A stretch of 64,000 nucleotides of DNA from an uncultured delta proteobacterium (GTDB lineage: Bacteria; Desulfobacterota; Binatia; UBA9968), in assembly GCA_963760795.1 (NCBI GenBank), contig CAVXEP010000030.1, positions 160,001 to 224,000 of the forward strand, given 5' to 3'. The position numbers and the translations under genes are program-made. Positions 55,757-64,000 of the stretch are shown here, piece by piece (position 1 is the first letter of the stretch; each line of letters begins with the position of its first letter). The notes under the pieces are model-generated. The model did no database searches and was not told where the DNA came from. It was given only the letters and a program-made list of their open reading frames with translations.

Positions 55757-57017
55757 ATGGAAAATGCTCCGGAAGAAACCACCACCGAACCCACAGGCAA
55801 GACCGCGATCTTCTCGATTGTCTGTGGCGCCCATTTTTTGAATCATTTTCAGTCGTCGATGCTGGGCGTGCTCTATCCGCTGATGATGCGCGATCTCGGC
55901 ATCGGTTTTGTCGCCATCGGTGCGATTACCGCGGTTTACGGCTTTGTCGGCAATTTTCTCCAGGCCTTTTACGGATTCATCGTGCCTTACGTGCGCCGCG
56001 GCGTGATCTTAGGCGTCGGCAACATTTTGCTTGGCATCTCGGTCGTCGCCACCGGCTTCGCCTCCAGCTACCCCTTTATTATGTTCACGCGGGTGCTCGG
56101 CGGCGTCGGCACCAGCCCGCAGCATCCGGTGGGCTCGACGGCGCTGGCGTCCTACTTTGGCAAAGCGCGCGGCCGCGCCCTGGCGTTTCACTCGACGGCG
56201 GCCAATCTCGGCAGTCTGGTCGCACCGATCGTCGCCGCGGTGCTGGTGGCTCATATAGGTTGGCGCGCGATCTTTTGGATCGTCGGTATTCCCAGCATAC
56301 TCATGGGCTTCGCCTGTCTGGCTCTGCGCGACACGATTCAAGCTCAACCCGGCGCAAATCCAAAAATCGAAGCTGGCGCCCATGGGTTGGGACGCTTACA
56401 AGCGCTGTCTCAAGAACAAAAACATCCTGCTGATCTCGTTGGTCTTGATGGTCGGCGGCGCTGGCCTCGGCCATGGCATCAACGAAACCTACATCGTGCC
56501 CCATTTCATCAATGACCTGAAAGTCGACATGGCCTATGCCGCCTTTCTGTTCACGCTGATTCAGGTCGGCGGTTTGCTCGGGCCCATGGCCTGGGGCTGG
56601 ATCTCCGACCGCTTTCATCGCACCCGCACGCTGCAAGTATCACTGCTGCTTTCGGCGGGCTCGACGGTCTGGCTTAGCCTGCAAGATCATGTATCCATCG
56701 GCTTGTTCGCTAACTTGATTCTCTATGGCGCGGTGGTCACTTCGCGCCAAACGTTGACTCAAGCACTGCTCACCGACGTCGCCGATGAAGACATTCTCGA
56801 CGCCGCTTTCAGTCTCTACTATTGCATCGGTTTCATCATGTCGCCGTTTTGGACGGTTCTGGCCGGCTGGCTGATGAGCACTTCGGGATTTCAAACCACC
56901 TTTGGCGTTATCTCTTGTTCCTATTTTCTGGGCATGACGTTGCTCCTCTTCTTCCGCGAACCGGTGAAGAAGTTAAGCCCGCTGAGGGCCGGAGCCGGCG
57001 CGTTCGTAAAGCGATAA
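55757..57017 (+). CDS. MFS transporter (Fsr-like), +1 frameshift near 56360-56381
   Basis: 'HFLNH', 'QHPVG', 'RGRALAFH' in ORF1; 'GWISDRF' in ORF2; together about 12 TM. Confidence 0.8.
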
Positions 57018-57039
57018 TTCTTACAGGAGAGGCCTGTCA

Positions 57040-57321
57040 ATGTTTGACTTCATCGATATCGTCATGAAAGGCGGCCCGTTAATGGCGCCGCTGCTGCTAT
57101 ATTCGGTCATCGCATTGACAGTTGTCCAGGATGTCGCGCACCAGATTGGCGAAGTCTTGGAGCCTCGGCTGACGAAGACCCCGGACCTGTTGGGACTAGT
57201 CAACATCGACGAGCAAGTCGGGCATGCTCTAGTCGTCGAAGTCTTGGATCAAGCCCGGCAAGCCGGCGGCGCTAAGATGGCCGCCGCAGTAAAGCCCAAG
57301 GAAAGCCGCAGTGAGAAATGA
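57040..57321 (+). pseudogene. ExbB N-terminus fused in frame to an ExbD C-terminus (deletion)
   Basis: 'KGGPLMAPLLLYSVIALTVV' plus 'VNIDEQVGHALVVEVLDQARQAG'; directly before tonB. Confidence 0.7.
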
Positions 57322-58135
57322 CACGCTCGGCGTTCCTTTCCTCGCCTCTTTGTTTGTCCATCTCCTGGTGATTGTCCTCGGTCCCGTCATCGTCCAGCAC
57401 GCCACCGAACCGCGCCGGGATTTAATCTCCGTCGATTTGATCGACACGTCTCAACGGGAATCTTCACTGCCGCCGCCAAAAGCCGCAGCAAGAACCGAGA
57501 CCAAAAAGCCCTCCCCGCCCCCTCCGCCAAAAACAGGGAAACCCAAGTCGCCTCCTGCCTTAGCGAAAGCTCCGATGGTAAATCCGGAAGCGCTGCTGCC
57601 AATCAGTAAAGAAGAGCCGGCGAAAGTGATCGCAGCAAAACCGATTGCTCCGGCAAAAGTCGAGTCCTCTCCAAGCTATGCTTCTGGAGCCCGCAGCGAA
57701 GGTGGCGGCAGCGAAGCCGGTGCAGGAGCCTTATTCGGCAAAGGCGATGTCGGCGTAGTGCCCGGACCGGGAACTGCCGGCGGCGGCGGTGGCACGGCGG
57801 CATCCGGTTTAGGTCGTGGTTCGGGCGCACCGGGTCTGCCCGTGCAGCAGACGATTCTCAGAACCAACCGCGAAGCCAAACCGCTCCAGACCGTGCGTGC
57901 GACCTATCCAGCGATGGCGCTGCGCGCGGGGCTGGAAGCGGACGTCACGCTCAAAATCGAAGTCGACCCCCAGGGCAATGTCACCAGGGCGGAAATCTTC
58001 AAAGGCGGCGGTGCCGGCTTCGATGAAGAAGCGCTCAAAGCGGTGAAGCAATCGCGCTTCGAGCCGGCGCAAAGAGACGGACAGAATGTTCCCGCGGAGT
58101 TTACTTATATTTATAAGTTCCGCTTGCATAGGTAA
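57311..58135 (+). CDS. tonB: energy transducer TonB
   Basis: 'SLFVH' TM, Pro-rich linker, 'YP..A...G.E..V.L', 'FEPA..DG..V'. Confidence 0.88.
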   Translation: MRNDTLGVPFLASLFVHLLVIVLGPVIVQHATEPRRDLISVDLIDTSQRESSLPPPKAAARTETKKPSPPPPPKTGKPKSPPALAKAPMVNPEALLPISKEEPAKVIAAKPIAPAKVESSPSYASGARSEGGGSEAGAGALFGKGDVGVVPGPGTAGGGGGTAASGLGRGSGAPGLPVQQTILRTNREAKPLQTVRATYPAMALRAGLEADVTLKIEVDPQGNVTRAEIFKGGGAGFDEEALKAVKQSRFEPAQRDGQNVPAEFTYIYKFRLHR

Positions 58136-58234
58136 TTGACTATGGCTCATCGACGCAAGCCCTTAGCAACTGCACTGGCACTCAATAGCAGAGTCCCCAT
58201 ACAGTACGCGAACAATCGAATCAGGAGGTTAACC

Positions 58235-58870
58235 ATGGCCGATTCAACACATTCGTCGGGACATCACCAGCACAGCGACCACGAACATGCGCACGATCAC
58301 GATCCCCACGATTGGACATCGCCGGAGTATGTTTCCAAATGGGCTGAGGGGCAGGATCCAAAGGAAGCCAACCGCGCGCCAGCCTTTAGCCTGCTGGCCG
58401 ATACCATTCCATTCGATAAAACCGCCGCGATCAAAATCCTAGACATGGGCGCCGGCTACGGCGCGCTAAGCAAGTATTTGCTCGAACGCTTTCCCAACGC
58501 CACGGCCATTTGCCAAGACGGCTCGGAAGAAATGGCCAAGCTCGGCCGCGAGCGCATGAAACCTCTCGCCGGCAGATTCGAATATGTTCTGTGTGATTTC
58601 GGCAAACACGGCTGGAGCAAACTGGTCCCCGGGCCCTTCGAAGCCATCGTGTCGTCGATCGCAATCCACAACGTCGGCAGCCGAAGGATTATTCGCGGTA
58701 TCTACGAGGATGCCTATACACTGGTGAAGCCGGGCGGCTGTTTCTTAAACTTTGACCGATCTAATCCTCCCTGGGAAGACCATATGCATTGGCTGCGCGG
58801 CGCCGGCTTCAAAGACGTGTGCAACTTTTGGCATGACGCAAACCGGGCGGTGTTTGGCGGGTTCAAGTAA
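58235..58870 (+). CDS. class I SAM methyltransferase with a His-rich N-terminus
   Basis: 'ILDMGAGYG', 'SSIAIHN', 'KPGG.FLNFD'; 'HHQHSDHEHAHDHDPHD'. Confidence 0.85.
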   Translation: MADSTHSSGHHQHSDHEHAHDHDPHDWTSPEYVSKWAEGQDPKEANRAPAFSLLADTIPFDKTAAIKILDMGAGYGALSKYLLERFPNATAICQDGSEEMAKLGRERMKPLAGRFEYVLCDFGKHGWSKLVPGPFEAIVSSIAIHNVGSRRIIRGIYEDAYTLVKPGGCFLNFDRSNPPWEDHMHWLRGAGFKDVCNFWHDANRAVFGGFK

Positions 58871-58989
58871 CAAGAAAGTTAAGTTCGAGTGCTCGCTCCA
58901 TCGAACTCGCGTGAATCGAGTCCCCGAAGGAGTTCGCGAGACTTTCTATTTCTTGCAACAAGTCGGCGCATTTTGTATCGGCGCCGGCA

Positions 58990-59129
58990 TGTTTTTAATT
59001 TCTTACTTCGAAATTGCTTCGGCCGCGACCATCGAACTCACCGTCGCTGCGCTTTTCATCGCCGTCGAGCTAGCCCTATTAGCGCGCGGCAAAAAGCCGG
59101 CTGATCCACAAGCGCTGAAAACGGATTAA
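58990..59129 (+). CDS. small hypothetical membrane protein (start uncertain)
   Basis: Two hydrophobic stretches at the end of ORF 58752-59129. Confidence 0.3.
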
Positions 59130-59244
59130 GCCCTAATTTAACAACACCGCGAAGACTCTGCTCGAAATGGTGAGCAGTGCCGACCCTTAATCTTTATATC
59201 GCCTGTGAATTATGCTGAAATGATCCGCAAATGAGGAGCGAAGA

Positions 59245-59661
59245 ATGAGTCTACGCAATTTGATTGCGGCAGCCGCAGTGACCACCGCATTGCCGCTCCT
59301 CGCCTGGGCGCAACATGATCATTCGAAGGGCGATCAGGCACCGGCGAAACCGGCGACCATAAAGGCGACCAAGCCCTCGCTCAAGCCTGCGGAGGGCGCG
59401 AGCGTTAAAATTATCTCGCCGACCAAGGACCAGGTCCTCAAGGGCGACAAAGTCCCAATCGAGTTCAAGCTCACCAAAGGCAAACGCGGCCACCACGCCC
59501 ACGCTTATGTCGACGGCGAACTGATGGGCATGTTCGAGAGCGCCAAAGGGACACTGAACGGAGTTAAGCCAGGAACGCATGTGTTGGAATTGCGCGTCGT
59601 CGCCGACGACCATAACACCGAGCTCGATGCCACCGACAAAGTCACTTTCACCGTCAAATAG
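59245..59661 (+). CDS. exported Ig-like His/Met metal-binding protein
   Basis: Signal peptide then 'QHDH'; 'GHHAHAYVDGELMGM', 'DDH'. Confidence 0.75.
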   Translation: MSLRNLIAAAAVTTALPLLAWAQHDHSKGDQAPAKPATIKATKPSLKPAEGASVKIISPTKDQVLKGDKVPIEFKLTKGKRGHHAHAYVDGELMGMFESAKGTLNGVKPGTHVLELRVVADDHNTELDATDKVTFTVK

Positions 59662-59894
59662 ACGCCTGTCACGCCCTGGCGCAAAGTTCAGAAGAAATGA
59701 ATCCTCACGCAAATTTCATTGACTGAAACCCTCAGACCTTGGACCTTTGCGTCCCATAGATGTCTCACGACATGCATGGCGCCGGCCCCTCGGAGATTCT
59801 TTGCCGCTGTGCAGTCTAGCTCCTTTACGGTGAAATCGATCTTGTAGTGGAGCGCAAAGTTGCGTTACAGTGAGGTTGTTTGCGTGTGTAACCC

Positions 59895-60261
59895 ATGATT
59901 TCCGCAACCAAGAACTCTGGCGCTCAGCGATTCTTAGGTTTTTTCATCGCAAGCGCCCTGCTTTTCTTTCTCGCTTACAGCGCGCCGCATCGTGTTCATC
60001 ATTCTTTCGCGCAGCCGGCAGAATCTCACGAACACGACAGCAATCCGCGCGAGCACTCGGATCGGCCGGACCCACCGGTTAATGAACCGCCGTGTGTATT
60101 TCAATCCGTAGCAGCAGGTTGCCATCTCAGGTTTATCGCTCAGGTTACTTTCGGCTCGCTCCAAGTCTTAACCGAGACGACCACCGCCCGTCGGTATTCA
60201 ATCCCGCCTTATCACTCTCGTCACCACGGCATTTGCGATCCGCGCGCCTCCCCTTGTCTAG
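59895..60261 (+). CDS. His-rich RAPP leader peptide (DUF2946/CruR-like), +1 frameshift near 60180
   Basis: 'ALLFFLAYSAPHRVHH...CVFQSVA..CH', then the +1 frame ends 'AFAIRAPPLV*'. Confidence 0.7.
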
Positions 60262-60364
60262 CTCCCGGTTCAAATTACGAAGCCATGAATTAGCCGTAGC
60301 CGAGGTCGCTGAACAGGGCGACCTTTGGCCGCGGCGAGATTCGCAACTTGGGAGGAAGGGCGCA

Positions 60365-61189
60365 ATGAATAGAAACAGCCGAATCATTTTGTTCGGATCC
60401 ATCGCTTTAATAGGATTTCAGCTTAGTCCGCTCGCAGCGCATGATGGCTGGGTGGAAATCGCACCGGCCATCGTCGAGAGAAACCAACCGGCGACAATCG
60501 CGTTGATCCAGGGGAATCACTCCAACGAACATAAAAGCTACCGCATCGCCGGCAAATGGAACGCCAACTACGTCACCCTGACGGTTGTCGAACCCAAAGG
60601 TAAACAAATTTCACTCACCGATCGTTTGTTCGATATGGGCGAAGACGAGGAGAAAATCGGCCCCAAAGGACCTAAGGGATTTCATCTCGCGCCGTTCACG
60701 CCACAGGAGGATGGGCTGTTCCAAGCCTACGCGAAGCAAGCGCGCACGGTTCAGCAGGGCGATGGTCCGAAGGTGGTCACCGTTAGAGTCGCCAAGACCG
60801 CTTTTGCCGCATTCAAAATTCCCACCATCGCCGCGGCTCGAAACCTCAAAGGCTTTGACCGCGCGATCGGCGGCGATGACGTCGTCGAATTCATTCCGGT
60901 CAACAATCCGCTGGCAGTTTACTCGGGCGGATCGATAACATTGGAACTGCGGCAACAAGGCAAACCCATCGGCGGCCAAGTCGTCACCCTGGTGCGCCGC
61001 ATCGACGGTTTCGCCTCCGTGCTCGAACGCACCACCGATGACAAAGGTAGAGTCAATTTCCCTGTGGGACCAGCGGATTCTTATCTGGCGCGGGTCAAAA
61101 TCGATGAAGAAAGCGCCCGGCCCGATGGCCAGAAGGACAAAGCCAGCTATGAGTCGACCTATGTTTTCCCGGTTTTCAATCGTCCTTAG
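60365..61189 (+). CDS. DUF4198 (NikM/CbiL-like) periplasmic protein
   Basis: Signal peptide then 'AHDGW', 'GNH', 'EFIPV.NP', 'TDDKGRVNF'. Confidence 0.8.
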   Translation: MNRNSRIILFGSIALIGFQLSPLAAHDGWVEIAPAIVERNQPATIALIQGNHSNEHKSYRIAGKWNANYVTLTVVEPKGKQISLTDRLFDMGEDEEKIGPKGPKGFHLAPFTPQEDGLFQAYAKQARTVQQGDGPKVVTVRVAKTAFAAFKIPTIAAARNLKGFDRAIGGDDVVEFIPVNNPLAVYSGGSITLELRQQGKPIGGQVVTLVRRIDGFASVLERTTDDKGRVNFPVGPADSYLARVKIDEESARPDGQKDKASYESTYVFPVFNRP

Positions 61190-61541
61190 CTTTTTGCTCG
61201 GGCTGTTTGTCATCGGCACAACCACGCCGTCGGTATGGGCGCATGCCTACCCGGCGGTTTCCTTGCCCAACAACGGCGCGACATTGAAGGAGCCACCGAG
61301 CGAAGTGCGCATTCAATTTACCGAAGCGATTGAAATGGCCTTCAGCGCCGTTACCGTCACAGGACCGAACAAAGAAGTCGTCAGCCAAGGCAAGCTGCGC
61401 AAATTAGCCGACGACACCGTCGCCATCGGCCTAAAGCCGCTGCAGGCCGGAAACTATACTGTGGAATGGCAAGTACTGTCCGTCGACACCCACGTCACTG
61501 AAGGCGTACTGCGCTTCACGATTGCACCTAGCGGAAAGTGA
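61149..61541 (+). CDS. copC: copper resistance protein CopC
   Basis: Signal then 'HAY...S.P', 'F.E', 'YTVEWQVLSVDTH'. Confidence 0.9.
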   Translation: MSRPMFSRFSIVLSFLLGLFVIGTTTPSVWAHAYPAVSLPNNGATLKEPPSEVRIQFTEAIEMAFSAVTVTGPNKEVVSQGKLRKLADDTVAIGLKPLQAGNYTVEWQVLSVDTHVTEGVLRFTIAPSGK

Positions 61542-62791
61542 ATAATGCCGTGGTCGCGTTGGAAGCTGCCATCTCGGCCATCGGTTATATCGCCCAGGCT
61601 TTGGTTCTCGGCTTTCTCGTCACCGCCGGTTATCTGCTGCCGGGAAGCGAACCGGAAGCGCTCCGGCGCACACTGGCAATGCGCGCTTGCCGCTTCCTAA
61701 TCATCTTTCTTTGCGTCTCTGTTGGCGCCTTGCTCGTCCAAGGCGCCAAACTACAGCGCGGCGAATTGCCGTCGCTCGAGATCCTGTGGCGTTATCTGAC
61801 CGCCACCCAAAGCGGTAACGTGTGGCTCATCCGTGCAGGCTATGCAGTTGCATTAGCCTTGATCGGATTTGCCATCACTCGCGGCGCGGCACGATTGCAC
61901 GGCATCCGCTGGCTCGCTCTCTTGTCGCTGCCGCTGATCGCCAGCCGCAGCTTGACCAGCCACGCCATCGCGGTCAAAACCCAAACCTCCTGGGTCGTTG
62001 CTGCGGATGCTGTCCATCTTATTGCCACCGCATTATGGGCCGGTGGATTGGTCGCTGTCCTGACCATCGTGAGAGCAAGCCGCAACCAAGCTGATCTAAA
62101 TCCCGTCTGGCTGGCGCAATTCATCAATCGCTTTTCGCGCCTCGCCTTGGTTAGTGTTGCGCTGCTATTCTGCGCCGGGCTTTATTTGAGTTGGGTTCAT
62201 GTCGGCTCATTGACGACGCTGGTGACCACCGACTCAGGAAAGGTCTTGATCGTCAAGTTAGGCTTGTTTTCCGCCATGCTAGCGCTGGGCGCGGTAAATT
62301 TCTTGTCAACCAGGCGTGCCATCCGGGACATGGCCCACTCGAATCTTAGAAACAATTCGCTAGTCGACAAGGCGACTCAGCGAATCGCCGTTGAAAGCAT
62401 GCTGGGCCTGGCGATCTTTGCCACCACCGGATATCTAACGGTGCTCCCTCCGGGAGTGCACGCGCTGCACGCGGCGCGGCGGAACGTTCCGCCGGCGCAG
62501 GCAGCGGCGTTGCAGCCGGCTCAAGGGGCAAGCGTGAAGATCATCGCGCCGGTGAATAATCAGTCCGTCGCCGGCGATCGGGTTGAGCTCCGCTTCAAGC
62601 TGACCAAAGGCCAACAAGGCCACCATGCCCACGCCTACATCGACGGTGAACTGATGGGCATGTTCGAAGGTAATCGCGGCACTTTGAATGGCATCAAGCC
62701 AGGCAAACATGTTTTGGAATTGCGCGTCGTCGCCGACGATCACCAGACCGAATTGGATGCCAGCGACAAAGTGGTCTTCACAGCGAAATGA
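61538..62791 (+). CDS. copD: CopD-family copper transporter fused to a C-terminal His/Met Ig-like domain
   Basis: 'SHA', 'HL.ATALWAGGL', 'RFSRLA', 'LIVKL', 'LGAVN'; tail paralogous to 59245-59661. Confidence 0.85.
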   Translation: MNNAVVALEAAISAIGYIAQALVLGFLVTAGYLLPGSEPEALRRTLAMRACRFLIIFLCVSVGALLVQGAKLQRGELPSLEILWRYLTATQSGNVWLIRAGYAVALALIGFAITRGAARLHGIRWLALLSLPLIASRSLTSHAIAVKTQTSWVVAADAVHLIATALWAGGLVAVLTIVRASRNQADLNPVWLAQFINRFSRLALVSVALLFCAGLYLSWVHVGSLTTLVTTDSGKVLIVKLGLFSAMLALGAVNFLSTRRAIRDMAHSNLRNNSLVDKATQRIAVESMLGLAIFATTGYLTVLPPGVHALHAARRNVPPAQAAALQPAQGASVKIIAPVNNQSVAGDRVELRFKLTKGQQGHHAHAYIDGELMGMFEGNRGTLNGIKPGKHVLELRVVADDHQTELDASDKVVFTAK

Positions 62792-62852
62792 GAATGCCGA
62801 ACCGCGGCTTGAACTTCGGTTGCTGACTGACTAGGATCTCCGGCAAAGAGAA

Positions 62853-63248
62853 ATGCAGGCCGCTAACAAAATCGCAGCTCTCACAAGGGCGCTCCATTTC
62901 GGCAGCGCTCTAGCGCTTTTGTTTTTTCTCATCGCCTCAGCGCCACACCGGGTGCACCACTTCTTCGAACAGCAGGCTCGGCACGAAGATTCGCATGTCG
63001 GCCACGCCGCCACCCACGATCATGGCGGCGAGCAACAGCACGATCATGAGCAAAAACCAGCGCCTGCCTCTCAAGCCAGTGACTGCGTCGTCCTGTCGAT
63101 GGCGCAGCATAGTCACGCCGCGCCGGTTCAGCCGTTCGAAATAGCGCTCATCGGTTCCGTCAGCCAGCAACGTCAGGAGCCACAACTGGTAGCCGCGTCG
63201 GTCTTTAGCTTGTCACCCTGTTCGCAACGCGCCCCGCCGCTTGCCTGA
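62853..63248 (+). CDS. His-rich RAPP leader peptide (DUF2946/CruR-like)
   Basis: 'ALLFFLIASAPHRVHH', His-rich linker, 'CVVLSMAQHSH', C-terminal 'QRAPPLA*'. Confidence 0.8.
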   Translation: MQAANKIAALTRALHFGSALALLFFLIASAPHRVHHFFEQQARHEDSHVGHAATHDHGGEQQHDHEQKPAPASQASDCVVLSMAQHSHAAPVQPFEIALIGSVSQQRQEPQLVAASVFSLSPCSQRAPPLA

Positions 63249-63339
63249 TCCGGCATTTTCCCTTTCTTGCAGAGAAATCTCGGCTACTCATAACGATCGA
63301 TCGCTCCGCGCACAGCGCGGCGCGGCGAATTTGCAGGTG

Positions 63340-64000
63340 ATGGCTATGAAACTCCGGTTCACACGCTCATGGTTCGCGGTGTATTTTGTGTTGATTTTTG
63401 GCTGTAGTTCGGATCTGCAAGCGCCCTCTCCAACGCAGGGCGCCAAATCGCTAAACTTCGGCGCCGAGCGGCGTCTCGGCAATGGCGAGAAAAATCCCTC
63501 CACGCCGTTTTTACGCTTCAGCCCAGATGGTCGGCTGTTCGCAGTCTGGACTGAAGACCACGACACCCCATGGCCGCAGGGCAGCCATGCCGGCGGCCAC
63601 CAACAGATGAGTGGCGACCGCGCCCCTTCGCCCATGCGCAACGCGCTGATCGCGTGGTCGAAGGACGGCGGTGAGTCGTGGTCGGCGCCGATGCGCTTGA
63701 ACCACACTGTCGAAGCCGTCCAAGGCGAAGAAAACGGGCCGAAGGTCGCCTTCACGCCGGATAATAAAGCTTTCGTGGTCTGGTCGATTCCCGGCGTAAA
63801 AGGCGACAAGACCCGCGCCAACATTCGCTTTGCAATGGAAGACGGCAAAGGCGGCTTCACACTGGCGCGCACGTTGAACGAAGCGCACGACGCTGGCCGC
63901 TTCCCGATCATCGAAACCACACCCGACGGGAATTTGTTGATCGCCTGGATCGACCGCCGTATCGATGGTCCGAAGCCGCGGCAATTGTATCTCATGAAGA
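63340..64000 (+). CDS. BNR/Asp-box (sialidase-like) lipoprotein, truncated by the window end
   Basis: Not in the ORF track; hand translation 'MAMKLRF..VLIFGC', 'SKDGGESWS', 'LIAWID'. Confidence 0.8.
   Translation, partial: MAMKLRFTRSWFAVYFVLIFGCSSDLQAPSPTQGAKSLNFGAERRLGNGEKNPSTPFLRFSPDGRLFAVWTEDHDTPWPQGSHAGGHQQMSGDRAPSPMRNALIAWSKDGGESWSAPMRLNHTVEAVQGEENGPKVAFTPDNKAFVVWSIPGVKGDKTRANIRFAMEDGKGGFTLARTLNEAHDAGRFPIIETTPDGNLLIAWIDRRIDGPKPRQLYLMK

Noticed and set aside
59863-59891. GTTACA-N17-TGTAAC dyad before the first RAPP leader as a NikR site
   Set aside because: Orientation and spacing differ from the two 7-13-7 sites; single instance only.

Overview
A GC-rich bacterial chromosome segment. 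Its gene content (many orphan solute-binding proteins, amidohydrolases, zapB-zapA-6S-ygfA-rny-ymdB-tyrS-rrn) suggests a deltaproteobacteria-like lineage such as Candidatus Binatia; this is inference, testable with the 16S. It has three zones. (i) ~1-37 kb is a mosaic accessory region with transporters, redox and hydrolytic enzymes, an intact IS1182, an ISNCY remnant, many 5' and 3' gene stubs and an NRPS-like A-T-luciferase-monooxygenase gene. (ii) ~37-52 kb is core housekeeping DNA with a full rRNA operon on the minus strand. (iii) ~52-64 kb is a Ni/Cu homeostasis island (SCO, cytochrome c, NikR, TonB-dependent receptor, TonB, CopC/CopD, DUF4198). Strongest leads: a MetE-like enzyme with an in-frame UGA at the Zn-ligand Cys plus a SECIS-like hairpin (probable selenoprotein); two paralogous His-rich leader peptides ending in RAPP in front of metal-handling operons (one hidden by a +1 frameshift); and integrase-free cargo cassettes bracketed by allelic duplicates of the upstream gene's 3' end. 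All product calls come from motif recognition; no database search was run.
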